From positions 1 through 42,025 of the IMG/VR virus record IMGVR_UViG_3300025168_000186: a stretch of DNA of 42,025 nt; one strand, 5' to 3'. This document shows, piece after piece, positions 9,982 to 19,481 of the stretch. The position numbers and the translations under genes were made by a program. Numbering within the stretch: position 1 is the stretch's first letter; the number at the start of each line of letters is the position of its first letter. The notes under the pieces are model-generated. The model made no database searches. It saw nothing but the letters and a program-made list of their open reading frames with translations, and was not told the DNA's origin. The stretch comes from a virus (lineage: Duplodnaviria; Caudoviricetes).

Positions 9982-10626
9982 TTAATTTATTTTTACTCTT
10001 TCTTCACCTTGCAAAAAGTTGTTTTTTATTGCTTTAGTACATTTTTTATAAATCTTAATATCCTTAACAAGTAAAATTTCGATATTTCTTTCTTTAATTA
10101 TATCCTTGTCTTTGTTTTCATAATAAACGTTTATATCTTCGCAGAAATCAATTCTATTCCAAAATTTATTTTTATCAGATACCCATCCTACTCTTGCTTC
10201 TTTGTAAAAGAAACCTTTTCCTTCCAAAACTAAGTCCATTATGGATTTGTTATCATATTCAGAAGCATTACTAACACTTGACCATATTCCAGTATATGAA
10301 TTTGTAGCACCGTTAGATTCAAATTGGAAAAAACTCGCATCAATATAACGGTTAACTTTTTTATGAGTGGGTTTTACAACTTCTGATTTAGTAAGTGAAT
10401 ATTTTACTTGATTGTAATTTTTACTTTTTAACCAGGCATTAAGTTTATCGTAGTGTTTTTTCATTGCAGTTTCCATATTTCCTTTTACAAAAGCAACTTT
10501 ATTAAGTTCTACCCAGATTTTAGGAATCCAAGTATTCAACTTTACTACCACTTCTTTTACACCTTTATATGTATCGAACTCTATCAAAAAAGCTTTTTCC
10601 GTTTCTCTAATAACTGTATAATCCAT
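9982..10626 (-). CDS. Hypothetical protein (probably early)
   Basis: Start moved to ATG 10626 (MDYTVIRETEKAFL). Confidence 0.75.
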   Translation of the reverse strand: MDYTVIRETEKAFLIEFDTYKGVKEVVVKLNTWIPKIWVELNKVAFVKGNMETAMKKHYDKLNAWLKSKNYNQVKYSLTKSEVVKPTHKKVNRYIDASFFQFESNGATNSYTGIWSSVSNASEYDNKSIMDLVLEGKGFFYKEARVGWVSDKNKFWNRIDFCEDINVYYENKDKDIIKERNIEILLVKDIKIYKKCTKAIKNNFLQGEERVKIN

Positions 10627-10645
10627 ATATCTTGTTTTTATCTTT

Positions 10646-10703
10646 GTTGATAACCTCACCAACAATTACAATATACGAATAAATATTGACATTTGCAACT
10701 TTT
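10646..10703 (-). promoter_or_regulatory. Repeated early-promoter plus stem-loop element, copy 2
   Basis: Near-identical to 9911-9968; hairpin variant GTTGGTGA-GG-TTATCAAC. Confidence 0.75.
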
Positions 10704-10712
10704 TAGGCATAA

Positions 10713-10745
10713 GAAAACCGATAAATCAAAGAAATATCGGTTCTC
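10713..10745 (-). terminator. Probable intrinsic terminator
   Basis: aaccgata...tatcggtt inverted repeat. Confidence 0.55.
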
Positions 10746-10762
10746 ATTTTAACTTTTTTAAG

Positions 10763-11014
10763 TTATGATTTTTTAAGATTCTTAATACATTGTATTGCCC
10801 ATGATTGAACATCGGCATTTAATTCATCTAATGAATCACTAAAAGGAAAATCATCTACTGCATTGTCATTGTATAAATCACTATCATCATCTATCCAATC
10901 AATTGTAAGTTCTTTGAAAGCTTTTGCCAAGTTACCTATAAGTTTGATGGCTTCAGCAGCTTCTTTTGATGCTTCGTTTAACTTTCCTTCGTTTAGTTCT
11001 TTTAATGTTTTCAT
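10763..11014 (-). CDS. Leader-bearing small acidic protein
   Basis: MKTLKELNEGKLNEAS (doubled LNE). Confidence 0.7.
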   Translation of the reverse strand: MKTLKELNEGKLNEASKEAAEAIKLIGNLAKAFKELTIDWIDDDSDLYNDNAVDDFPFSDSLDELNADVQSWAIQCIKNLKKS

Positions 11015-11032
11015 TTTTTATATTTATTTTAT

Positions 11033-11368
11033 TTAATCAAGACTATATAAATCTTTAATTTTCTTATGTTTAAATTTAGCACCTAAGTCTGTTTGCATAG
11101 ATGGTTTATAAGTTGCATCTTTGTGAAAGTCTTTAAGGTATTGCATCATTCTTGAACCAAAACCTTTTCTTCTATATTTAGGAACAACAACAACATCACT
11201 TACTGTTAGCTCTTTTTCAAAAATAACATACTCTACCATACCTACAATATCTCCGTTAATATACATACCTAACTCGTAGTTATTTTGACCTCCGTAAGAA
11301 TCTAAATGTTCAACTTTATATTCAATCTTAGTTTTAGATTCGTTTAGTATGTCTAAATAACTTTTCAT
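11033..11368 (-). CDS. GNAT acetyltransferase with capsid-targeting-like leader
   Basis: VVVPKYRRKGFGSRMM acetyl-CoA-binding motif; leader MKSYLDILNE. Confidence 0.82.
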   Translation of the reverse strand: MKSYLDILNESKTKIEYKVEHLDSYGGQNNYELGMYINGDIVGMVEYVIFEKELTVSDVVVVPKYRRKGFGSRMMQYLKDFHKDATYKPSMQTDLGAKFKHKKIKDLYSLD

Positions 11369-11373
11369 ATCTA

Positions 11374-11859
11374 TTATTTAATTAGCATAATCTGTTTGGG
11401 TTCAAATGCAACATATTCTGCTTTATACATTTGTTTTCCTACTTGGATGCCATCGAAACCTTTTCCTTTTACCATATTTGTCCACTTTTCAAGTTGTGTA
11501 TCTGTTTGTCGTCCAGATAGTTGTCCACTGAACCAATCACTATCTCTTATTAGTGGATTTTGTATTGATAGATAACAACTAAGAACAACTGGTTTTCCTT
11601 TTCCTTGTATTTCTACAGACTGTTTTGCATATTCCAATGCAAGTAGTCTATCAGGTGTAAAATAGAAACCTTTACCATACATTCCCCAATCAGTTTTTCC
11701 AAAATTATTATAACTGAAAGTATTAAAATGTACATTTGTTCCGTGATATACAATCAACGGTTTACCATCATGGTCTAGCACTTTAGAATCCTTGAACCAT
11801 TCAAAAAAAGTTTTATCTAATTTTGAACCTTCGTTTAAATATTCGTCTAATCCTTTCAT
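11374..11859 (-). CDS. ADP-ribosyltransferase-like protein (ART-PolyVal type) with capsid-targeting-like leader
   Basis: WFKDSKVLDHDGKPLIVYHGT, GKGFYFT, YA, GFDGI and EYVAFEPKQI (H-Y-E triad pattern); leader MKGLDEYLNE. Confidence 0.8.
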   Translation of the reverse strand: MKGLDEYLNEGSKLDKTFFEWFKDSKVLDHDGKPLIVYHGTNVHFNTFSYNNFGKTDWGMYGKGFYFTPDRLLALEYAKQSVEIQGKGKPVVLSCYLSIQNPLIRDSDWFSGQLSGRQTDTQLEKWTNMVKGKGFDGIQVGKQMYKAEYVAFEPKQIMLIK

Positions 11860-11862
11860 TCA

Positions 11863-12405
11863 TTACTTTAATTTTCTGTAAACTACATCAGCTTCACCGT
11901 ATAATGCTTTGAAAGAACCATCTGGGTCATATTTTGGGTCATATTTATCTCTGTCGTATTCAACAAAACCTAAATTAGAATAGAAATCATCCAATCTTCC
12001 TGAAAAGTGGTCTAAAACTTTAGCCCCTTGTTTGATTGCATATTTTACAACATCATCACCTACTAATCCAACACCTCGTTCATTTTTGTGAACAGCAACA
12101 AGTTCTTGAAACTTACCATCTTTCTTTTTTAATGCAAATCCAATATTATATCCTTTCAACTTATATAGTTTCATTTTTTTCAATTCAGAAATACTATAAT
12201 TTGTAAGCATTTTTTGATGTTTAGATTTACTCAAAGAGTTTTTGAATTCTACTGCATTAGATTCAAATTCCCCATTTTTAATCAATTCTAAAACTTCCGC
12301 ATCTGCCTTACCTTCATTTAAACTAAAAAAGTTTTCCATAATCATATGGAGAGCCATTTTATCTCTGCGTTCGTTGTATTCTTTTAATTCGTTTATTGTC
12401 TTCAT
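11863..12405 (-). CDS. Divergent GNAT-like protein with extended leader
   Basis: AIKQGAKVLDHFSGRLDDFYSNLGFVE resembles the GNAT C-terminal motif; MKTINELKE...SLNE leader. Confidence 0.6.
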   Translation of the reverse strand: MKTINELKEYNERRDKMALHMIMENFFSLNEGKADAEVLELIKNGEFESNAVEFKNSLSKSKHQKMLTNYSISELKKMKLYKLKGYNIGFALKKKDGKFQELVAVHKNERGVGLVGDDVVKYAIKQGAKVLDHFSGRLDDFYSNLGFVEYDRDKYDPKYDPDGSFKALYGEADVVYRKLK

Positions 12406-13178
12406 TAGTCAAATATTTTTTTCATTACATTATTTAATTCTAACAATTTCTTGTAATCAACATTATCATTTTCGATAAACAATTTTCTATTAACTTCAAT
12501 CATTATACTATGAACATTTTTATCTTTTTTATAGCATTTCAAAGGTACAATAGTTCCACCATAAGGATTGTTGATTTTAACAGTATAACCTAAATTCTCA
12601 AAATATATCCTTACTTGGTCACATAACCATTTTGGTGTATGAAAATCATCAGTACCTAAACAAATATCCGGTCTATTAGGTTCTTTAATCAAATCAGTTT
12701 CGAATGGGGTATCACTAAAAGAATGGCAATCAATTATAGTTGCAGAACCTCGTTTGTATATTTTATCAAATACCGCATCTTCAAGTTCATCGTGATGTCT
12801 ATCATAAAAATACTTAACATTACTTTTGGACGAACTTTCATTTCTTAAATCTCTACCATCATCTGTTTTTGTATAATAGAAACCTCTACCAAATTGAAAC
12901 ATTTCTTCTTGTTCGTCAGGTAATCTTTCTACATCACAATAAATTCTATTGTATTTGAATTTATGTTGTGTAATATTACTTCCTAAATCAAATATAACAT
13001 CAGTTCCTATGTCTGTCAATTTTAATATTTCTTTGTTTATTTCATCATCGTTTATTAAAAATTCACTTCTATCAGGAATAGACACACTTGCGTGTGGTAT
13101 ATGCATAATTAAAGTTTCTTTGAATTCATCATTGAATAAATCGTTACCAAGTATTGTATTATTTTTTATATCGCTCAT
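12405..13178 (-). CDS. N-formylglutamate amidohydrolase family protein
   Basis: HIPHAS, TD, CDVER, IDCHSF, PDICLG, NNPYGG and SIMIEVNR motifs. Confidence 0.88.
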   Translation of the reverse strand: MSDIKNNTILGNDLFNDEFKETLIMHIPHASVSIPDRSEFLINDDEINKEILKLTDIGTDVIFDLGSNITQHKFKYNRIYCDVERLPDEQEEMFQFGRGFYYTKTDDGRDLRNESSSKSNVKYFYDRHHDELEDAVFDKIYKRGSATIIDCHSFSDTPFETDLIKEPNRPDICLGTDDFHTPKWLCDQVRIYFENLGYTVKINNPYGGTIVPLKCYKKDKNVHSIMIEVNRKLFIENDNVDYKKLLELNNVMKKIFD

Positions 13179-13235
13179 ATTATTACTTTCTTACTTTTTA
13201 AAGGTAAAAATACTACTAAATATTTTATATTACAC

Positions 13236-13267
13236 AAAAAAACCCTACCAAGTAAATGATAGGGTTC
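13236..13267 (-). terminator. Intrinsic terminator after nrdA
   Basis: aacccta...tagggtt stem with a U-tract on the minus strand. Confidence 0.6.
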
Positions 13268-13277
13268 AATGATTTGT

Positions 13278-15818
13278 TTACAGTGTACAAGCACCACCAT
13301 CACAACCACTTTCCATCGGGTCGTCTTCTTTTGGTAAATCTTTTAAAGTTTCATTTAATTGATTAGTGAAATCTTCAGTTTTATTATCAAAGGTATTTGC
13401 ATAATATACTTGTTTTCCACCATAAGCATAAAATCTAAGTAAGTCATCAGCCAATACATCCATAGGAACTCTACCATCTTCCCAATCTTGTGGGTCATAA
13501 TAATGATTACAACTTAATGCTTGGTCAGTCCATTTTTGAATAACACTATGGATATTAATAATACCTTCATTACTTTCCATATCAAATGCATAAGTATATT
13601 TGTTCTTGTACTTTGAATATCCTGGAATAACCATCTTAATTGCACCGGCCTTACTAGTCTTAACTTGAATAGGGGTTCTTGGTGGTTCAAATCCATTTGT
13701 ACTATTAGAAATTACAGAAGAACTTTCTACTGGCATATGAGCATTTAAAGTACTATGTCGCATTCCATATTCTTTGATATTTTCTCTTAATGTTTCCCAA
13801 TCCAAATCTAATTTTCTATTGACAAGTTTATCTACATTTTTATTGTAGTTATCAATTATCAATTCACCTTTTGAAAATCTTGTTTTGTAATAGTAATCAC
13901 AGGCACCTTTTTCTTTTGCCATATTATTACTAGCTTTTAAACAATAATATGTAAAGTGTTCAAACAACCTATCAATTTCTTCTAATGCATTTGAATCTTC
14001 ATAATCAAAACCTTTCTTTGCCATCCAATATGCAAAGTTAGTAATTCCAATTCCTATACTTCTACGTTTTAACATTTTCAATGCAGCAAACATAGGATAT
14101 TCTTGTTTATCAATAACCCATTCTAATGTATCAACAATGTTTTTAGTAACTCTTTCTAATTCTTTATAATCTCTAATTTTACCTAAGTTTACAGCTGCAA
14201 GTGTACATAATGCTATTTCAGCAGGTTTTTCTCCATAAACTATTTCAGCTTTGATTTTGATATAATCTCTTAAACTACTATCTTCTTTTCCATAAGATAA
14301 GTATAAATCAGTTCTTCCTGTCGATTCGTGAATAATTTCATTTTCAGAACCAAAAGATTTTCCTGTAATGTAAACATCATTGTGTTTCAACCAGTTTTCT
14401 AGTTCATCTTTTTTGTTAGAATCGACAATTAAATATCTATCAACTAACTTACCGTCATCTTCGTGATTTAGTGGACTAGTAGGTAAATTAATTTCTTGGC
14501 ATAAATTACTCATTGTAATTCTATTACCATTTTCTGTATCGAAAGTAGTATGTGAATTAGCATTGTCTATATTCATAATATAGATTCTACCAGTTTCAAA
14601 TCGCTCTTGAATAATATCACCTATCAATTCTCTTGCCGAAACTAATTCTTTAGGAATTGATTCATCTCTTTCATATTTCAAATACAAGTCATCAAACTTT
14701 TCAAGTCCGAAATTATCATATAATCCTGGAACATCGTTAGGAGAAAATAAAGTAATCAAATCATTTTCAACAAAACGTTGCCAAAATATTTTAGAAAATT
14801 GAATACTATAATCTAATTTTCTAACTCTTTTTTCATCAGAACCTTTGTTGTTCTTTAAAACAATAATATCAGCAATTTGTTTATGCCAAATTGGAATATG
14901 TGCAGTTCCACCACCACCTCGTAAACCATTTTGATGAACTGCCTTTGTATTAGTTTCGAATGTTTTTAAGAAAGGAATTAATCCGGTATGAATAACATCT
15001 CCATTTCTAATTTCATCACCTACTGCTCTAATTCTACCAACATTCATACCGATTCCGGCACGTTTTGCTGTATAACTTACAATTGCATTAGAAGTCGAAT
15101 TGATTGACTTAATCGAATCATCGCATTCGATGAGAGTACACGAACTATATTGTGTCGTATTCGTTCTAATCCCAGATACAACTGGTGTTGACAATGAAAT
15201 ATAAAATTCTGAATAATCATTATATTTTGATTTAATATCTTGAAATCTTTTTCTTTTGTCTTGAATGCCAGCAGAAACACACATCGCAATTGCGATATAC
15301 ATAAATTGAGGTGTTTCGAATATTTCATCTGTTTTTCTATTTTTTATCAAGTACTTATCGGACATTTGTCTTATACTTGCATAAGTATAATCCCAATCTT
15401 TTTTGTGATTGAGTATTTTATTACCTATGTCTTGAATTTCTTCTTTAGTATAATTTTCTAAAATTTCTTTTGTGTACCAATTTTTATCTTGCATAACTTT
15501 TAAGTGGTCATACAAAGTAGGTAGGTATTTAAACGTATTGAAAACTTTCTTTCTCAAATACATATTGTAAAGCTTACCAGCCACTAAATCGTAGTTAGGT
15601 GTTTCTTCACAAATCAAATCAACACAAGAACTTATAAGAACTTGTTGAATATCTGAACTCTTTATTCCATCGTAAAATTGAAGATTGGCATTCATAGCAA
15701 TTTCCGATGCACTAACATCTGAAATATCGGCAGTTGCCCAAAGTAGAACTTTGTTTATCTTTTCGATATTGAGAGGTTCTTTCGCACCATCTCTTTTAAT
15801 AATCATTATATTATCCAT
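13278..15818 (-). CDS. nrdA: Ribonucleotide reductase class Ia alpha subunit with N-terminal ATP cone
   Basis: IKRDG ATP cone, QYSSC, SNLCQE, EIALC, SNSTNGFEP and C-terminal CDGGAC motifs. Confidence 0.97.
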   Translation of the reverse strand: MDNIMIIKRDGAKEPLNIEKINKVLLWATADISDVSASEIAMNANLQFYDGIKSSDIQQVLISSCVDLICEETPNYDLVAGKLYNMYLRKKVFNTFKYLPTLYDHLKVMQDKNWYTKEILENYTKEEIQDIGNKILNHKKDWDYTYASIRQMSDKYLIKNRKTDEIFETPQFMYIAIAMCVSAGIQDKRKRFQDIKSKYNDYSEFYISLSTPVVSGIRTNTTQYSSCTLIECDDSIKSINSTSNAIVSYTAKRAGIGMNVGRIRAVGDEIRNGDVIHTGLIPFLKTFETNTKAVHQNGLRGGGGTAHIPIWHKQIADIIVLKNNKGSDEKRVRKLDYSIQFSKIFWQRFVENDLITLFSPNDVPGLYDNFGLEKFDDLYLKYERDESIPKELVSARELIGDIIQERFETGRIYIMNIDNANSHTTFDTENGNRITMSNLCQEINLPTSPLNHEDDGKLVDRYLIVDSNKKDELENWLKHNDVYITGKSFGSENEIIHESTGRTDLYLSYGKEDSSLRDYIKIKAEIVYGEKPAEIALCTLAAVNLGKIRDYKELERVTKNIVDTLEWVIDKQEYPMFAALKMLKRRSIGIGITNFAYWMAKKGFDYEDSNALEEIDRLFEHFTYYCLKASNNMAKEKGACDYYYKTRFSKGELIIDNYNKNVDKLVNRKLDLDWETLRENIKEYGMRHSTLNAHMPVESSSVISNSTNGFEPPRTPIQVKTSKAGAIKMVIPGYSKYKNKYTYAFDMESNEGIINIHSVIQKWTDQALSCNHYYDPQDWEDGRVPMDVLADDLLRFYAYGGKQVYYANTFDNKTEDFTNQLNETLKDLPKEDDPMESGCDGGACTL

Positions 15819-16059
15819 TAGCAAGTATTATTTTTTGTATCAATTGAACAACAACATCTGGTGTAGTATCGTATTTCAATCGCAATTCGTCTAAAAACTT
15901 TAGTTCTTTATCTCTAAGTTTTTCCATAGTTTTCAATTCTTCTTGAATTTCTGTTTGAAGAATTGTTAATTCATCTTTATACCCTGATACCTTGTCCGCA
16001 CGTTTCTTGTAGTTTTTTGCAAATTCTAAAACTTTTTGTTCATCCTCTTTACTAATCAT
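15811..16059 (-). CDS. Hypothetical coiled-coil protein
   Basis: 82-aa ORF translationally coupled to nrdA. Confidence 0.7.
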   Translation of the reverse strand: MISKEDEQKVLEFAKNYKKRADKVSGYKDELTILQTEIQEELKTMEKLRDKELKFLDELRLKYDTTPDVVVQLIQKIILANG

Positions 16060-16060
16060 A

Positions 16061-16924
16061 TTATCTAAATGTTTTAAATGCTATTTCTATTTCTTTGTTC
16101 ATATCAATACATTCTATGAATACATCGTTTTTTCTTTTGTATTTTTCGTTTGCTGTATGAATTATCCATTTTTCTCCTGGTTCGAATCCTGTTATATCAC
16201 AAGCCATTTTTTGATAACCAGATAGTTGTGCAGAATACTTTGAAAAGTTACAGTCTTTGAACTTTCTAAATACTCCACTCATTACTTTATTCATAAAAGA
16301 AGTTTTTTCTATTTTCTTGTTTGTTTTATAATCAAGAATATGAACAACTCCTTTATCGAAAATAGGTAAATCAATAAGACCACATAGTTGACTTTCGTGG
16401 TCCCATACCATTATTTCTGGTATTACACAAACATCATCTTTAGTAACATCTAATATCGTCTTGTTCATATATGGATAGTATTTACCCTTCCAAGTAATTC
16501 CATTTTCTATAACATCTTTTTCTCTTTTGTCGTGTTCAATTGAACCTTCATTTGTAGAGTTGGCCCAATCAGCTAAAATGTTTTCCTTTTCTTTTACTAT
16601 TTTTGCACCTAATGTTGGGTTCGATTCACAAATCTTTTCATAAAATAAATGTACCTTAGACCACGCAGTAAAATTACTTTCGTTTAATTTTGATACTATA
16701 AGTTTTTTTAAGTCTTTAAACTTTTGTTCAGGTAAAGAATTTTTGATTGCTTTATATTTGGCAGTTTCGTCAGCTTTAAAAGGAGCACAAAAATCTTTAA
16801 GAAAAGTTGTCATCCCAGTGTATTTTACACCATCAGCATTATAATATGCATGTTCCTTTTCGTAGAATACAAGTCCTCCTCGCTTTCGCAAGTCTAAATC
16901 CCTGTTAGGTAAAATATTACTCAT
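16061..16924 (-). CDS. PD-(D/E)XK (RecB/Cas4-like) exonuclease
   Basis: GSIEH, CGLIDL, ILDYKT and YSAQLSGY motifs. Confidence 0.88.
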   Translation of the reverse strand: MSNILPNRDLDLRKRGGLVFYEKEHAYYNADGVKYTGMTTFLKDFCAPFKADETAKYKAIKNSLPEQKFKDLKKLIVSKLNESNFTAWSKVHLFYEKICESNPTLGAKIVKEKENILADWANSTNEGSIEHDKREKDVIENGITWKGKYYPYMNKTILDVTKDDVCVIPEIMVWDHESQLCGLIDLPIFDKGVVHILDYKTNKKIEKTSFMNKVMSGVFRKFKDCNFSKYSAQLSGYQKMACDITGFEPGEKWIIHTANEKYKRKNDVFIECIDMNKEIEIAFKTFR

Positions 16925-17139
16925 TATTTTATTTTTTTAGTAAAGTGGTTGCAATATTTAAAAAATTCTTGCATAGATTTATCAGTGTGTAGTGATGCAA
17001 AAACTTTTTTATTTTTATCACTTTTTTTAGATTCGGTCACAAAGATATTATACTTTCTATTTTTCTTAATCATTTTGATTTCGACACCTTCATTTGTAAC
17101 AAATTCTATTATACTTTTTTCTTTTGTTTTATTTTTCAT
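16924..17139 (-). CDS. Hypothetical basic protein
   Basis: 71-aa ORF with coupled start/stop. Confidence 0.6.
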   Translation of the reverse strand: MKNKTKEKSIIEFVTNEGVEIKMIKKNRKYNIFVTESKKSDKNKKVFASLHTDKSMQEFFKYCNHFTKKIK

Positions 17140-17461
17140 TTGAAAATTCCTTTTTAGATTTATCTATTGTTGTTGAAATTGTTTCCATAAATTTTTCGAT
17201 GTCTGATTTCATCTTATCTATCATAACTATATTGTCATCATCTTTTATCAAATTAAACATTTCTATCATGGTAGTAAGTTTAGTTACTAAAATTATGTAA
17301 TCTATTTTTTCTGTCTTTATAGCTTCAATTACTTTCGATTTACCATCTTCTTCAAAAATTTGTATCTTGAAAGATATTTTTTCAATGGCTTCGGTTAATG
17401 TTCTTTTAGAAACTACATTTTCTAAATATTCTTTTACTAAAGATGTACTTTGTTTGCCCAA
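17129..17461 (-). CDS. Hypothetical protein
   Basis: 110-aa ORF with TTG start. Confidence 0.6.
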   Translation of the reverse strand: MGKQSTSLVKEYLENVVSKRTLTEAIEKISFKIQIFEEDGKSKVIEAIKTEKIDYIILVTKLTTMIEMFNLIKDDDNIVMIDKMKSDIEKFMETISTTIDKSKKEFSNEK

Positions 17462-17557
17462 TTTTGTTTAAGTTTTTTTGCTATACCTATTAAAGAATAA
17501 ATATGACCATAATATTTTAAAGTCTGTATTGATTTATTTAATTTGAGTAAATATTGT

Positions 17558-19459
17558 ATGAAAAGTAATTCATCTAGATTTATAGAAAAGTCATTTGTAC
17601 CTACATTCGGAGAAGAGTTTAGTAACATAGAAACGCCTGAATTTGATTCTGAAATATGGACAACTGAACTAGTAGATGCTCTTATTGATAAGTTTGAACA
17701 TTATGGTTTGGATTTAGGTAAAGCTAAGAATCCTTTCTTTGATAAGAATCCTACTTTAAGAAAAGGTAGAGTTGCATTTAAAATGACTGATGATGAATTA
17801 TTAGAATTTAAAAGATGTAGAAAAGACATAATATATTTTGCAAATAAGTATGTTCAATTAATGACCCCTGAAGGAATAGGACACATTACTTTATATCCTT
17901 ATCAAGAACAAATGTTATTGAACTATAAAAATGGTAAAAACAATATAGTAGTAGGTTCTAGGCAAATTGGTAAAACCGTAGTTGCTGGTATATTTTTAAC
18001 TTGGTTTTTAATTTTTCATCCTGACAAAAATATAATGTTGGCTGCCAACAAAGGAGATACTGCAAAAGAAATATTAGACAAAGTTAAGAATATAATATCT
18101 TTCTTACCTTTTTGGCTGAAACCTGGATTATTTTCTTGGAATATGTTCAGTATAATGACTGATGCAAATTCAAGAATACTAGCAACAACTACTACGGACA
18201 AAGCTGCAATTGGTTTTACTATTCATTTACTTTTCTTAGATGAATTTGCACACGTTAGGGAAAGTATTCAAAGAAGTTTTTGGGATAACATTTATCCTGT
18301 AATGGCAGCTGACCCCAAATCTAAGATGATTATGACCAGTACACCTAATGGATATGAATTATTTCAAGAGTTATATCACAATGCGTCTGAATTGCCTGAG
18401 GGTAAAAGTAACGGATTTACGCATATGAAAATTCCTTGGTGGGATGTTCCAGGAAGAGATGAAAGTTGGGCAGACCAACAAAAAGCAATTCTGGGAGAAG
18501 ATGCTTTCAATGAACAATTTGCTTGTGCATTTCAAAGAAGTGATTTATTATTACTATCAGCAAAGGAATTGAATAGTATGAAAGGTAACATTGAACCGTT
18601 TGTACATCACGAATTTGAACATTTGAATGATTATAATATATTATATGAAAATCTAGTATTCAAAGAAAGTTATGATATTGAAAACCTAAAAAAAGATTTT
18701 ATAATCTTTAGTATAGATTTGGCAGAAGGTGTTGGTAGAGATTACACAGTAATGCAAATTTTTAAATTATCACCTAAATTTGAAAGAAACATAGAAGTTT
18801 CTAACAATGAAATTTTTCAATTAGAAAAACATTTTTACTTGGACCAAATAGGTATTTTTAGAGATAATTTAGTAAGTATAGAAGATTTTGCAAAATTAGC
18901 TTATAATTTTTTGTTTTCTGGTAAGTTTGTTAACATTGACAATATAAAAGTTGTATTAGAATGGAATACATATGGTTCATTTTTTGATGAAAAATTAAAA
19001 AATTTATATGGTAGTAAAAATATGTACGATGATTCTGTCTATCTAAAAACCTTTCATAGAAAAGGAGCTAAAAGGAAAAAAATTGGATTGCGACAAGATA
19101 AAGTTACTAAACCAAGAAATTGTGCCGAAGTTAAAAATTTGATTTCGAGTAACTTATTAGTATTGCACGATAAGTGGACGGCACAAGAATTTAATCATTT
19201 CAATAGAAACAAAAAAGGTTCTTATGAAGCAAGTACAGGACACGATGATACGGTCATGACTTGTGTTAATATTGTAGAAGTTTTCAGAGATTCTTTATAC
19301 GTAGATATGGTTGCAGAATGTTTTGAAACACAAGAACCGGATACTAAGATACACATAAATTCACAAATGAAAAATGGTAATTCTTTAGATAGTAGTACAG
19401 ATTATCTTGCAGACAAAGATTTTGACAATGACTTTTCGGTAGGAACTGATTGGTTCTAA
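17558..19459 (+). CDS. terL: Terminase large subunit (T4 gp17-like)
   Basis: LYPYQ, SRQIGKT (Walker A), LFLDEFA (Walker B), TSTPNG, IDLAEGVGRDY and HDDTVM nuclease motifs; ATG 17558 follows TAAATA. Confidence 0.96.
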   Translation: MKSNSSRFIEKSFVPTFGEEFSNIETPEFDSEIWTTELVDALIDKFEHYGLDLGKAKNPFFDKNPTLRKGRVAFKMTDDELLEFKRCRKDIIYFANKYVQLMTPEGIGHITLYPYQEQMLLNYKNGKNNIVVGSRQIGKTVVAGIFLTWFLIFHPDKNIMLAANKGDTAKEILDKVKNIISFLPFWLKPGLFSWNMFSIMTDANSRILATTTTDKAAIGFTIHLLFLDEFAHVRESIQRSFWDNIYPVMAADPKSKMIMTSTPNGYELFQELYHNASELPEGKSNGFTHMKIPWWDVPGRDESWADQQKAILGEDAFNEQFACAFQRSDLLLLSAKELNSMKGNIEPFVHHEFEHLNDYNILYENLVFKESYDIENLKKDFIIFSIDLAEGVGRDYTVMQIFKLSPKFERNIEVSNNEIFQLEKHFYLDQIGIFRDNLVSIEDFAKLAYNFLFSGKFVNIDNIKVVLEWNTYGSFFDEKLKNLYGSKNMYDDSVYLKTFHRKGAKRKKIGLRQDKVTKPRNCAEVKNLISSNLLVLHDKWTAQEFNHFNRNKKGSYEASTGHDDTVMTCVNIVEVFRDSLYVDMVAECFETQEPDTKIHINSQMKNGNSLDSSTDYLADKDFDNDFSVGTDWF

Positions 19460-19481
19460 ATATAAAATAGTTTCCTTTATA

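Noticed and set aside
14226-14453. Intein or intron in nrdA
   Set aside because: No intein terminal residues or homing-endonuclease motifs; the segment is short and in frame.
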